Shown piece after piece: positions 26,689 to 36,873 of a DNA stretch of 64,000 bases (the stretch's first letter is position 1; the number at the start of each line of letters is the position of its first letter). The notes beneath the pieces are model-generated. The model saw nothing but the letters and a program-made list of their open reading frames with translations. It had not been told where the DNA came from and searched no databases. The DNA is from Candidatus Babeliales bacterium (GTDB lineage Bacteria > Babelota > Babeliae > Babelales > JBFXEV01). The translations under genes and the position numbers were made by a program. The stretch is taken from positions 677,940 through 741,939 of the forward strand of contig JBFXEV010000001.1 of assembly GCA_050179755.1 (NCBI GenBank). The letters run 5' to 3'.

Positions 26689-29406
26689 TTATCTTAATCT
26701 TTGTTCTAAATTTCTCAAATTAATCTGTAATTGTTGTAGGGAATTCACCAGCGTATTTTGAGGCTTAACTCCACTGAGAGGTGGGGTTTGAATACGAGGT
26801 TTGCTTTCTTTTTCTATAGTTTTTTGCCACGCCTCAAATTCTGTTTTAGTAAGCGTTGGTGTTGGAGTGGTAGTTTCGCTTGGATGTATAATGCTTATTA
26901 TTTTGCGTTCATCTGGGGTGAGTGAAGTAAGCCAGGCGGCAATACCTTGCGGATTGGTTTCTTGTAGCGTTTTATATTTTTGCAACACTGGTACCGCTTT
27001 TTCTTGTAGGAATGTTTGTATCTTCTTGCGCCCTGCAAGTTGTTCAGTACGCTTTACTGGAGGTTTGCTTGCGGTACTAAACAGTTTTTCAATCGTGTTT
27101 ATTAATTGACCAGCTTTAGGGTCGTTGGAAGAAAAAAAAGTAAGATTAGGAATGTTACCAGAGGATATGGTGTCAGTTGCTGGCCAGAGAGCCTGATGTG
27201 GTATATTTTGGCTTTTAAACGTATGGATAAAGAGCACAACGTTAACTTTTTTTGTAGAATCAGAGGTGAATAGTTTTGTATCGTTGTTTATAATAACTAC
27301 GTTATCAAGTGTAATTTCAAATCCCTTGAGATTTTTAATAAGTCCTTCATACTTTGGATTTTTATCAACTAAGCACGTGAGCCTTTTAATAAAAAATCGC
27401 TTAGTGAATTCTTGTTTTTGTATAGGCATGAATTTTTGCACAACTTCAGACAATGGTATCTTGGGTGCAGATATTTCTTCAAAGTAATGATCAGCATTAC
27501 CACCAATCATGGAAAGCACTGCAGGCATTCTATCTTTCATTATTTTTACTGGAACAGGAATATGCTCAGTGTAAAGTAGTAATGCATTTTGGCCTTGAAT
27601 GGTAAATGGTGTATTACTCGCAAGATGCGTTATCGCTGATTGCTCAGTAATTGTTGCAGTGAGTGGGCCAAGTTTTGAGCCAAATACTTTTGTTTTTGGC
27701 ATATCTACTACTCTAAACCATTCAGTATTTGGAAATCGAACCAACGGAATATTCTGCATTTTATCGAGAGTCCAAGGCGACTTGAACTTGTGGATATTGT
27801 TTAAGATATCTGCTAATGATGGTGTTGATTTGCCCGCTTGAAAGGCTTCCAACTCTGTAAAGTATTTAGTAAAATCTTGATTGAATTGAATTCTTAACTC
27901 AAGTGCAATTGCGGTTGGCGTGGCCGGTGACACGCCAATTTCTGGAATCTTGACGGTAGTTGGAGCATCAACACTTGCTCCCGAAACAAGAGTATAATTA
28001 TAGTTGAGGGGCATGTTCTCATATTGGTAGGGTGCTTCTAAGTTTTTACCACTACCAAAGCACGTATTATAAAAGAATAACCCAGTTTTTACGAAGCTAT
28101 TAAAAAAATTGAGCACTTCCTTAAAGTTATCTACAGATAATCCAGCAATTGATGCACCAGTATCACCAGTAGCTATTTTTTGTTTCAACTTATTAACTTG
28201 ATCTTGTAGTGCTTTTACAAGTTCTTGATAAGCGCTTACTGCCTTCTGAGAGCTTAGAATTGTAGCAAATATACTCTCCTTAGATTTAGCATAATATTTT
28301 TCTTGCGTGCTGCCAATTTTTGCTTCCCTCCATTTCTTTTCGATCGTTTCTTGTTCTTTTTGATATGTTGCTAATTGGTTTTGAGTTTCTTTTAATTTTT
28401 TTTTTGCTTGCGCAAGCTCTTGCTCATTTTGTGCAATTTTTTCTTGATAATATAATGTTCTATCCGGCCAGCCATGGCCAGTGGCATACACATTCCACAT
28501 CCCCAAATAATTTTCATGTGATTCAGGAGCTTTTATCTTGGAACTTGGTGCAATCAAGCCAAGATCTTGTCGCGTGACAAAGAGCTGCCTGAGGTCAATT
28601 TTTTCGCTTATGTTAGCTTGCTGGGCGCTGACTGATTCTTTTGGAGGGGTGAGAGGATCAGTTATTGTTGGCATATGATCTATTTTAAGGCCTAGGATAA
28701 GCTCACGATTAGATATGTTTTGGAATGAAGGCAGGTTATTGGTGTTTACCTGTTTGGTCACTTGTTGTTCATATGAGTTTGGCACTAAAAGATAGGCAAA
28801 ATTTGGGATGTGGCGTATTGTCCAATCTAAAGGATTGAAGCGAGTTGTATATGCTATAAAATCAAAATTGATTTCCTTTCTAATGGGGTGATCTTGTTGT
28901 AATTCTTTTTCATGAATAGCTATTGTTTTAAAGAAATCATTAAAATCGGTTGATGGTGGTTGGTTGCCAAACGTTTTGAGTGCTTGCTCGAAATACCCAT
29001 AATGGGCTGCATACAGTTGGTTCAGTTTGTTACGGAAGGTTAGAATATCTTTTCTGTAATCATACTGTGGCCCGATAATAGTGGTAGCATATTTTTTTAA
29101 TAAATCAGTTAATAAGTTGCCTCCTAATGGGCCGTTGTCTTTTAGTTGCTGATAGCGGTGACGCCTGGTTACAAAGTTATGCCAAAGTGATTCGGAAACG
29201 AGTAGAGGAGCTGCTTGTTGCTCAACCCCAGCAACAAGTTCAGACATAAGAGCAAAGCTTCCTGTTTGGGAGGTTTCTTGGCCGTGAGGATCAAAGAGGA
29301 TAAACAATCTGCGAGGTCCAAAAGTTCCTTCCATGGACCAACTGACTGATGCCCATGCAAGCTGTGATAGAGTGTAAAAAGCAATAACATATAACTTCAT
29401 TTCCAT
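26689..29406 (-). CDS. Very large secreted hypothetical protein (about 905 aa)
   Basis: AAAGGGAG lies 5 nt upstream of ATG 29406 (MEMKLYVIAFYTLSQLAWA). The track's earlier start is upstream of this Shine-Dalgarno sequence. Central coiled coil; see findings for an HG...C dyad. Confidence 0.65.
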   Translation of the reverse strand: MEMKLYVIAFYTLSQLAWASVSWSMEGTFGPRRLFILFDPHGQETSQTGSFALMSELVAGVEQQAAPLLVSESLWHNFVTRRHRYQQLKDNGPLGGNLLTDLLKKYATTIIGPQYDYRKDILTFRNKLNQLYAAHYGYFEQALKTFGNQPPSTDFNDFFKTIAIHEKELQQDHPIRKEINFDFIAYTTRFNPLDWTIRHIPNFAYLLVPNSYEQQVTKQVNTNNLPSFQNISNRELILGLKIDHMPTITDPLTPPKESVSAQQANISEKIDLRQLFVTRQDLGLIAPSSKIKAPESHENYLGMWNVYATGHGWPDRTLYYQEKIAQNEQELAQAKKKLKETQNQLATYQKEQETIEKKWREAKIGSTQEKYYAKSKESIFATILSSQKAVSAYQELVKALQDQVNKLKQKIATGDTGASIAGLSVDNFKEVLNFFNSFVKTGLFFYNTCFGSGKNLEAPYQYENMPLNYNYTLVSGASVDAPTTVKIPEIGVSPATPTAIALELRIQFNQDFTKYFTELEAFQAGKSTPSLADILNNIHKFKSPWTLDKMQNIPLVRFPNTEWFRVVDMPKTKVFGSKLGPLTATITEQSAITHLASNTPFTIQGQNALLLYTEHIPVPVKIMKDRMPAVLSMIGGNADHYFEEISAPKIPLSEVVQKFMPIQKQEFTKRFFIKRLTCLVDKNPKYEGLIKNLKGFEITLDNVVIINNDTKLFTSDSTKKVNVVLFIHTFKSQNIPHQALWPATDTISSGNIPNLTFFSSNDPKAGQLINTIEKLFSTASKPPVKRTEQLAGRKKIQTFLQEKAVPVLQKYKTLQETNPQGIAAWLTSLTPDERKIISIIHPSETTTPTPTLTKTEFEAWQKTIEKESKPRIQTPPLSGVKPQNTLVNSLQQLQINLRNLEQRLR

Positions 29407-29522
29407 ACTAGCTCCCTTTAATTCTGATTTTAGAGTACCAAAAACAGCACATAACGAGCAACGGTTAAAATAAGTGTACGTTGCATGCATTGTATGCATG
29501 GTATGCAAAAAGCTATTCTTTT

Positions 29523-31043
29523 TTATATCTTGTGGTTAAAAAAAATTGCTCCACCTTTTAACCGATATATAAACAGTTGATAAAAAAGAGTTAAGGGGTC
29601 TTGTTCGTCGGGATTTTCAGCAAGCACCGATGCAAGAGGCTTTATTACTTTGAGCATGATGTTTAAATTCCGAATGTATAAGTGGGGATCAACGAGTGCT
29701 TGCATGTGCGCTGACCGCTCTAAGGCCTGTGCCATTTGGAGTGGTGTTTGCCCTTGCTCTGTTGCGGTGCAGAGTAATCGAGTAATATTTTGCAAATGTT
29801 TTTTTGCATAGTGCCATGCAAGAATTTGTGCAATTTTTTGCTGTTCATCTGGGCCAAATGATGTAACAAACGTACGCGCAGTTGCAAAGTTCATAAGAGG
29901 AGCCAGATCTTCACTTACATCTACAGGTATATTATATACAAGTGGTCCATTCCAAAGGAGCGTCAGAAGATCTTGGCGTAATAATGTGCTCGCCGTAAGA
30001 TGTGTTTCTAAGAATTTTTGAATGCATAATGTTCTGAGTGTTGGCACGTTGCTTTGGTTTAATGCCTCTAGAATAGAATCAAGAATTGCGATAGGGTCTT
30101 CATGTACCGTAGCTTCTGCAGGAGGTTGATCGTTATTATTGTTATTAGCCGCTGCAGGTAATTGATTGTTATTGTTATTGACATCAAAAGGTACTTGATT
30201 GTTGTTATTATTAATATTTTCAATAAGCTGGGGCAAGGGCGGCGCCAGGGGCTCGGGTGGCGCAGGAATTGGAATAATGGGGTCTATGCAATATAAAAGC
30301 AATGCAAGCAAAGAATAGAGTTTATTATTATCTATGGCAGTATGCAGCGCGGTGTGTTTATTAACATCAGGGCCCACCCATGCGCGATGTTCAAGTAAAT
30401 GACCAATACAAAATGGATGTTCTTGTGTTATACCAAATACTATGGGAGGATAACGTTCTTTATTATAAGTATCAATATCAATTCCCGCTTGGTAAAGTAA
30501 CAGCAAAAGTAACTGGTCAAATCCTCCTTCAGCGGCAACATGTAGTGTTGAATTTTTTGTTCTTGGGTGCATGGCTTGGGGATTTATTCCTTGCAAGAGC
30601 AGACGTTGGACTTTAAGCATATTATTTTGCCGTACTGCCGAAAGCATGGCAAAAACTTCTGCTCGTTTTTGCGCTTCTGTTTTTAGGGGCGGTGGCGCTT
30701 CATAGTGCACATATTGCCGAGGGCGGGTGGATACCCGGAAAAATTCTTTTTGATGACGAGAAAGTGCTGTTTCTTTTTCTGCTGCAGGCTCAGGTTCTTG
30801 TTGTACTTCTTTTTTGGTTTTGCCTTGTGCAAAATTGGCAAAGTGCTGTGTAAGTGGCGAAGGGTTTTCTTGCTCTGGCGATGGTGTTCGCGAAGGAGCG
30901 CCTTTGCGCACTTTCCCTTCTTTAAATTTTTTAAAATGAGTAAAAAAATCTTCGTCAGGCGGCTTGGGAGGCTCCATTGCACGCATTATGTGAAAACTGG
31001 TAAATAAGAGAGTAAGAATAGAGGAGCGTACACGGTGTGCCAT
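29523..31043 (-). CDS. Ankyrin-repeat protein with leader and poly-Asn triple repeat
   Basis: AAGGAA precedes ATG 31043 (MAHRVRSSILTLLFTSFHIMRA). ANK units (NSTLHVAAEGGFDQLLLLLLYQAGIDID; HTALHTAIDNNKLYSLLALLL). NNNNNQVPFDVNNNNNQLPAAANNNNND. Confidence 0.75.
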   Translation of the reverse strand: MAHRVRSSILTLLFTSFHIMRAMEPPKPPDEDFFTHFKKFKEGKVRKGAPSRTPSPEQENPSPLTQHFANFAQGKTKKEVQQEPEPAAEKETALSRHQKEFFRVSTRPRQYVHYEAPPPLKTEAQKRAEVFAMLSAVRQNNMLKVQRLLLQGINPQAMHPRTKNSTLHVAAEGGFDQLLLLLLYQAGIDIDTYNKERYPPIVFGITQEHPFCIGHLLEHRAWVGPDVNKHTALHTAIDNNKLYSLLALLLYCIDPIIPIPAPPEPLAPPLPQLIENINNNNNQVPFDVNNNNNQLPAAANNNNNDQPPAEATVHEDPIAILDSILEALNQSNVPTLRTLCIQKFLETHLTASTLLRQDLLTLLWNGPLVYNIPVDVSEDLAPLMNFATARTFVTSFGPDEQQKIAQILAWHYAKKHLQNITRLLCTATEQGQTPLQMAQALERSAHMQALVDPHLYIRNLNIMLKVIKPLASVLAENPDEQDPLTLFYQLFIYRLKGGAIFFNHKI

Positions 31044-31317
31044 GATATTCCTTTCTTTGTATAGCATACTGTTTCTTTAAATATATGCACAAGAGTTACC
31101 CCCTAAAGCTCTTTGTGGTACACTAAAACAACGATACTATAGATATTTGGCCCGCTTTTATATTTTCTAGCCTACGTCGGCCGACAGGCGATAATTTTCG
31201 CTCACCTTTCCCTCGATACAAATCGCTACGCGATTCACTTGGGATGAGCGGTGTATCGACTTTATTCGATGTAGCCTTGGTGAGGATGGAAAAACGAGCG
31301 GTCCCTTAGGAAACATT

Positions 31318-33765
31318 ATGAGTTACGACGTAAGCAGTATAGAAAAAAAATGGCAGCAACGGTGGCAAGAAGATCCTTATTGGTATGCAAAACCAGCAGG
31401 ATCAGGTAAAAAATACTATTGCTTGGATATGTTTCCGTATCCTTCGGGTTCGGGGCTGCACGTAGGCCATTGGCGCGGGTATGTACTTTCTGATGTGTAT
31501 GCTCGTATTAAAATGCTCGAGGGTTACAACGTGCTCCATCCTATGGGGTGGGATGCTTTTGGTTTGCCTGCAGAAAATGATGCTATAAAAAAAGGCATAC
31601 ACCCTAAAGAGGGTACCTATAAAAATATAAGCAATTTTAAAAAACAGCTAACGCAAATTGCTGCTATTTATGATTGGTCAAAAGAATTAAGCACTACTGA
31701 TCCAGAGTATTATAAATGGACGCAGTGGATTTTTTTGAAAATGTATGAGGCGGGTCTTGCCTACCAAGACAATATGCCTATTAATTGGTGCACGTCATGT
31801 TTGACTGGTCTTGCCAATGAAGAAGTGGTTGATGGCCATTGTGAACGGTGCGGTTCACACGTGATACAAAAAGAGGTGCGTCAATGGGTGTTACGCATTA
31901 CTGAATATGCAGAAAAATTACTTACTGGTCTTGATACGTTATCGTGGCCTGAAAAAGTAAAAACAATGCAGCGCAACTGGATTGGCAAATCTGAAGGTGT
32001 TGAAATTCATTTTACTGCAGAAGATGTTCATGGTAACACGTACTTGGTGCCGGTATATACTACGTGCCCAGAAACTATTTTTGGAGTTACCTTTTTGACC
32101 ATGGCACCTGATCACGAGCTTGTTGAAAAGTTAGTTGATCCTGCACATCAAGCAGCAGTAAATTCATATCAAGAAATTGTTTCTGGCATGTCACCATTTT
32201 CGCGTGAAACAGGCAAAGATAAAACGGGTGCGTTTATTGGTGCGTATGCAATCAATCCGTTAACGCACGAAAAATTACCTATTTTTATTTCAAGCTATGT
32301 TTTAAAAGAATATGGCACTGGTGTGGTGATGGGTGTTCCTGCGCATGACGAACGTGATTTTGATTTTGCACGAGAATATGATTTGCCAATTACACAAGTG
32401 ATTTCATCACCATTGGTGCAGTATGATGATGCAGGTGATTTGGCAGCATGTTATCCTGGTGATGGTGTGCTTATTAATTCTGGATGGTACTCAGATTTAC
32501 CTGCAAAAACAGAAGGCCGTGCAAAAATTAGCGCAGATTTAATTGCGCGTAATAGTGCATTTAAAAGAACGCACTACAAATTACGAGATTGGATTTTTTC
32601 CCGTCAACGCTATTGGGGAGAGCCTATACCGCTTCTACATTGTATGCGCTGTGGCGTGGTGCCGGTTCCTGAATCTGAATTACCGGTCAGGCTTCCAGAG
32701 GTTAAAGAATATCACCCTACAGGCACTGGTGAATCGCCACTTGCAGCAATTGAACATTGGGTAAACACCAAATGTCCTTCATGCGGTGGGCCTGCCAAAC
32801 GAGAAACAAATACTATGCCACAATGGGCAGGTTCGTGTTGGTATTATTTGCGTTATCCAAATCCAACATTAACTGATAAACCATTTGACACACAAGATAT
32901 GAACTATTGGTTACCGGTCGATTTATATGTGGGTGGTGTGGAGCATGCTATTTTACATTTACTTTATGCGCGTTTTTATACTAAAGTATTGTATGATTTA
33001 GGCTATTTGCCATTTAATGAACCGTTTAAACAATTGTTTAATCAAGGAATGGTTAATAAATTTTCTGAAATTTCTGGTGCTGTTGAAAAAATGTCTAAAT
33101 CAAAAGGTAACGTAGTTAATCCTGATGACATGGTGGCACAGTATGGTTCTGATGCATTACGCACGTATATCTTATTTATGGGGCCGCCTGAGCTTGATTG
33201 TGAATGGCAAGATACTGGTCTTGAAGGCGTTAAAAGATTTTTGCAGAAAGTTTGGAATTATTCGGTTGATAAAAGTACGTTACTTTTATCCAATGAAATG
33301 GAAGATTTACAAGTTACTAAACGCGTGCATCGATTTTTAAAAGAATATCAAGAACGCATTGCGCATTTTAAGCCAAACACGGCAGTTCCTGCTGCAATGG
33401 AATTATTTAACGATTTAACTAAACAAAAAGCACGCTTATCGCGCGATAGAATGGAAAAAATACTTGTCTCGCTTTCAGTGATGGTGCCACATATGGCAAG
33501 TGAATTGTTAGAAGTTGTTTTGCAAAAACGCTTACAAGATTGTGTATGGCCAACGTATGATCAAAAATTAGCGCAGCAAGATGAAGTAACCATGGCAGTG
33601 CAAGTTGATGGCAAAACGCGTGCAACGATTGTGGTAAGCCAAAATGTTACTAAAGATAGTGCTGTTGACCAAGCGCGTGATGCTGCAAGCAAATGGCTTG
33701 AGGGCCAGGTGGTTGATAAAGTGATTTTTGTGCCGGGCCGCATGATTAATTTTGTGATCAAGTGA
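31318..33765 (+). CDS. leuS: Leucyl-tRNA synthetase
   Basis: HIGH motif ([10 protein letters not shown]), KMSKS (EKMSKSKGN), CP1 editing-domain insertion, 815 aa. Confidence 0.95.
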   Translation: MSYDVSSIEKKWQQRWQEDPYWYAKPAGSGKKYYCLDMFPYPSGSGLHVGHWRGYVLSDVYARIKMLEGYNVLHPMGWDAFGLPAENDAIKKGIHPKEGTYKNISNFKKQLTQIAAIYDWSKELSTTDPEYYKWTQWIFLKMYEAGLAYQDNMPINWCTSCLTGLANEEVVDGHCERCGSHVIQKEVRQWVLRITEYAEKLLTGLDTLSWPEKVKTMQRNWIGKSEGVEIHFTAEDVHGNTYLVPVYTTCPETIFGVTFLTMAPDHELVEKLVDPAHQAAVNSYQEIVSGMSPFSRETGKDKTGAFIGAYAINPLTHEKLPIFISSYVLKEYGTGVVMGVPAHDERDFDFAREYDLPITQVISSPLVQYDDAGDLAACYPGDGVLINSGWYSDLPAKTEGRAKISADLIARNSAFKRTHYKLRDWIFSRQRYWGEPIPLLHCMRCGVVPVPESELPVRLPEVKEYHPTGTGESPLAAIEHWVNTKCPSCGGPAKRETNTMPQWAGSCWYYLRYPNPTLTDKPFDTQDMNYWLPVDLYVGGVEHAILHLLYARFYTKVLYDLGYLPFNEPFKQLFNQGMVNKFSEISGAVEKMSKSKGNVVNPDDMVAQYGSDALRTYILFMGPPELDCEWQDTGLEGVKRFLQKVWNYSVDKSTLLLSNEMEDLQVTKRVHRFLKEYQERIAHFKPNTAVPAAMELFNDLTKQKARLSRDRMEKILVSLSVMVPHMASELLEVVLQKRLQDCVWPTYDQKLAQQDEVTMAVQVDGKTRATIVVSQNVTKDSAVDQARDAASKWLEGQVVDKVIFVPGRMINFVIK

Positions 33766-34159
33766 TCATGAAAAAGGGTGCAAATAAAGGTTTTTTAGCG
33801 CATCATAAATTATTACGTTGTGTGCCAAGTGTGTATTGTTGCAAATGCATGCTTGGTATGCACTGTGTGTGAACGCATATATTGTTGGTAATGTAGGAAT
33901 GGGCATATTTGTAATAATCGCATGCTAATGAATATTTGTATGCATTTATTCAAGGTAAACAATCGCTGACTTTGTTTACATAGTTTGTATGGTAAACAAT
34001 GTGGGCAATGTAATACATGTAACAGAGCGCATTGCAGGTATTTTTCCGCATTACTTATATTTGTATCTGAAAAGGTTTCTATGGAATAAATATATTATAA
34101 AAGAGGATCGTGTTTTGAGCAGAGTTCCTAAAAATTAATTTTTACAACAAGGTTTTTTC

Positions 34160-34882
34160 ATGAACAAATATATTATACATATTCACATTTTTTTATTAAC
34201 TGTTTTTTGCTCAGCTTCTCCTGCTGTTGACCCAATAAAAGCATTGTTTGCCAATAGGCCCTGGGATTTTGTGGAGCAGATTTTTGTCATTGAGCCACAT
34301 GCTCAACTCAACGCTTTTAGCAGTAGCATGAAGCGCTGGATTCCTGCGCTTGCGGCTGGAACTGCAGCGGGCTATGGTACCTATAAATTAGCTGAACATG
34401 CGATTTTAGAACAGCAAGAAACATTTAAATGGAAAGAATTTACTCAAAAAGTTGGTTCGCCAATAGTTGGGGTTATTGGTTTATCTGCTGTGTATAGAGT
34501 TGCGCGTGCCTATACTGAGCGTAGTATTGATTTACAAGTATTAACGCAATTTATTGTAGAATGGGAAGAAAATAAACAATATACTCCTATTGAATTGCAT
34601 GAATCATGTGACGCATTATATCAATTATTTATGCAAGAAGGCGCAACTGCTCGTTATAATGAAGTTGCTCATAAAATAGCACCAATATTAAAGCGAACTA
34701 TTTATCAGCATTTTCCTAACAAATACCGCGAGCAACTACAAAGTTTGGAACGCGCTTATTTTTCCGACAGTATAATGTTTACGGTATTTCATTTTGAAGT
34801 TGATGTGGCGCGAGTTTTAGAAGTAACCGCTCGTATTGTGCGGGCATTTTTTGTTGATCCTGATCATCGAAAGAACAGATAA
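34160..34882 (+). CDS. Hypothetical membrane-associated protein
   Basis: Leader MNKYIIHIHIFLLTVFCSA plus two hydrophobic segments. No known domain. Confidence 0.5.
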   Translation: MNKYIIHIHIFLLTVFCSASPAVDPIKALFANRPWDFVEQIFVIEPHAQLNAFSSSMKRWIPALAAGTAAGYGTYKLAEHAILEQQETFKWKEFTQKVGSPIVGVIGLSAVYRVARAYTERSIDLQVLTQFIVEWEENKQYTPIELHESCDALYQLFMQEGATARYNEVAHKIAPILKRTIYQHFPNKYREQLQSLERAYFSDSIMFTVFHFEVDVARVLEVTARIVRAFFVDPDHRKNR

Positions 34883-34943
34883 TATTAATGTTAATTAAGG
34901 GCAGGTGATTTTGGGTTGACTGCTTTTTTAAAAAGGAGAGTAT

Positions 34944-35816
34944 ATGGAAAGAAAGGTAGGAAAGCACATAATCACCACCACCAATGAAGATGTAATTTGG
35001 TTTCCAAAATCAAAGATAACCAAGGGTGACGTGCTTAATTATTATGAAAAAATTGCACCAATTATGGTGCCACACATGTATGGTCATCCGGTAACAATGC
35101 TTCGGTATGTCGATGGCATACAAGGTGAAGGGTTTTATCACAAAGATGCGCCAACGTATTTTCCAAAATGGATCAAGCGATGTAATGTTGCAAAAAAAGA
35201 AGATGGCACAACAAGTTATGTGTTGTGTAATGAACCCGCAACGTTAGTTTATTTGGCACAACAAGCATGCCTTGTGCCACATCTCTGGCTGAGTAAATGT
35301 GATAAGCTTAATTCTCCTGATCTTTTAATTTTTGATTTAGATCCGGCAAAACAACCATTTTCATTTATTTGTGATGTTGCGTTACGATTAAAAGAAATCT
35401 TAGAAGCGAATAATTTGGTGCCATTTATAAAACTTACTGGCTCCCGCGGTTTACATGTTACCGTACCCATAAAACGTTTGTATACGTTTGATTTTGTTCG
35501 TGATTTTGCAAAGGAAGTTGGCCAAATTTTGGTTGAAGATGATCCTAAAAATCTTACCATGGAAATCAGAAAAGAAAAAAGAAAAGGGCGGTTATTTATT
35601 GATATTAATCGTAATGGATTTACCGCAACAGCTGTGGCGCCATATGCCATTCGTGCATATGAAAAGGCGCCGGTTGCAGCACCATTACTTTGGGATGAAG
35701 TGAAGAAAAAAGGTTTGACCGCTCAAAAATATAACATCTCAAATATATTCAAGCGGTTGTCGCGTATCGGCGATCCATGGCATGATATACAAAAGCATGC
35801 TACAAAGTTGCCGTAG
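34944..35816 (+). CDS. Stand-alone LigD-type polymerase/primase (PrimPol) domain protein
   Basis: ITKGDVLNYYEKIAPIMVPHMYGHPVTMLRYVDGIQGEGFYHKDAP, LIFDLDP, TGSRGLHV, AVAPYAIR. GGAGAG precedes the ATG. Confidence 0.85.
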   Translation: MERKVGKHIITTTNEDVIWFPKSKITKGDVLNYYEKIAPIMVPHMYGHPVTMLRYVDGIQGEGFYHKDAPTYFPKWIKRCNVAKKEDGTTSYVLCNEPATLVYLAQQACLVPHLWLSKCDKLNSPDLLIFDLDPAKQPFSFICDVALRLKEILEANNLVPFIKLTGSRGLHVTVPIKRLYTFDFVRDFAKEVGQILVEDDPKNLTMEIRKEKRKGRLFIDINRNGFTATAVAPYAIRAYEKAPVAAPLLWDEVKKKGLTAQKYNISNIFKRLSRIGDPWHDIQKHATKLP

Positions 35817-35885
35817 AATATCTGTTGTTATTATATAAATATGGTATACTTTAAAATATATGATTTAGCTGTCCAGGAGGCCCTT

Positions 35886-36098
35886 ATGAAACTACCATTA
35901 CCAGATTTAGTTCCTCAATATATCGTTGACAAGTCAGGCAAAAAAACTAGTGTTGTTATTGATATAGCAAGATTTGAGCATTTTTTAGATGAAGTTGAAG
36001 ATATGTATCTTGCTCTTCTTGCCAAAAAAACTCTTGAAGAAGATGACGAGTATGTTTCACATGAGGATGTGCGGCGCATGAGCGGAGATAAAGAGTAA
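35886..36098 (+). CDS. Phd/YefM-like type II antitoxin
   Basis: AGGAGG lies 5 nt before ATG 35886. QYIVDKSGKKTSVVIDIARFEHFLDEVEDMYLALLAKK. Ends 4 nt before the toxin gene. Confidence 0.75.
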   Translation: MKLPLPDLVPQYIVDKSGKKTSVVIDIARFEHFLDEVEDMYLALLAKKTLEEDDEYVSHEDVRRMSGDKE

Positions 36099-36102
36099 TT
36101 TC

Positions 36103-36375
36103 ATGCAGCATGCTAAAATGAAAAAAGTTATTTGGCGAGCAAAGGCTTCAAAGCAATTTTTGAAATTACCTCGTTATGATCGTGATGCAGTTATTGGAAA
36201 GATAGATCTCCTTGCTTCAGGCGCACTTAATTTAGACATTAAGAAGCTGAAGGGTTACGACTTTTATAGGCTACGAGTTGGTACTTACCGAGTTATATAT
36301 CAACTCATTGATGGGGAGTTTTGCATCGTGATTATAGGCGTTGGGCATCGAAAACAAGTATACGATGATTTATAA
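36103..36375 (+). CDS. relE: RelE/ParE-family type II toxin
   Basis: YRLRVGTYRVIYQLIDGEFCIVIIGVGHRKQVY is the canonical RelE/StbE C-terminal block. Confidence 0.85.
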   Translation: MQHAKMKKVIWRAKASKQFLKLPRYDRDAVIGKIDLLASGALNLDIKKLKGYDFYRLRVGTYRVIYQLIDGEFCIVIIGVGHRKQVYDDL

Positions 36376-36471
36376 TTTTTTATTGATTTTCTTACGTTCA
36401 AACTCATAAAATCTACATCAACCCACTCACATTTTTGTATAACTAGATGTAAGTGGGTTGATAAAAAATCC

Positions 36472-36792
36472 TTAACCTAACGGCCTTCCGCCTTTTAAAT
36501 TATGATCAGTTCTTTCAGGGTATTTTTCACCACGTTTTTTCTCTAATTTTTCAAGAGCCTTTTGGAGTGCATCTTCTGCAAAGGCAGTGAGTGTTAACCC
36601 CGGCTCCCAATAGACTGCATCTTTTACCTTATTAATGAGGTCGGTTGAAAGATGAATGGTTACTCGTTGCTTTGGTGAAACATCACTTGTATCATTTTTT
36701 GTTTTTTGCGCTGTGCTATTTTTTTTAGGCTCAATTTCTTGAGACAAGTAAGCCATTAACGGATTACTGCCAATTGTTTTTTTATTACTCAT
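36472..36792 (-). CDS. Small ribbon-helix-helix (ParG/CopG-like) protein, partner of ParA
   Basis: Basic disordered N-terminus, then an RHH pattern KQRVTIHLSTDLINKVKDAVYW..LTLTAFAEDALQKALEKL. Located directly downstream of parA. Confidence 0.65.
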   Translation of the reverse strand: MSNKKTIGSNPLMAYLSQEIEPKKNSTAQKTKNDTSDVSPKQRVTIHLSTDLINKVKDAVYWEPGLTLTAFAEDALQKALEKLEKKRGEKYPERTDHNLKGGRPLG

Positions 36793-36873
36793 GTAAACTC
36801 CTTGCTTATATAATTCCTTAATAATCCCGCGAATGTGGTATTTTGAAAAAATGACAAAGTTATTCGAGAGATT

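Noticed and set aside
29481-29507. Recurring GTATGCA / TGCATGCA motif upstream of the 905-aa gene, and again at 33855-33945 after leuS, as a possible regulator site.
   Set aside because: A 7-mer is expected several times by chance in 64 kb on two strands. Four occurrences are not convincing without genome-wide enrichment.
31141-31317. T-box riboswitch upstream of leuS (a CTC-A in a loop-like context, and tggtgaggatgg).
   Set aside because: The conserved T-box sequence (..GGGUGGNACCGCG..), the GA/K-turn and the AG bulge could not be identified. Kept only as an unassigned structured leader.
33768-33872. A 34-codon Cys-rich ORF (MKKGANKGFLAHHKLLRCVPSVYCCKCMLGMHCV) starting 2 nt after the leuS stop.
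   Set aside because: It has no Shine-Dalgarno sequence, is very short, and lies in a region of TGCA-rich repeats. It cannot be distinguished from chance.
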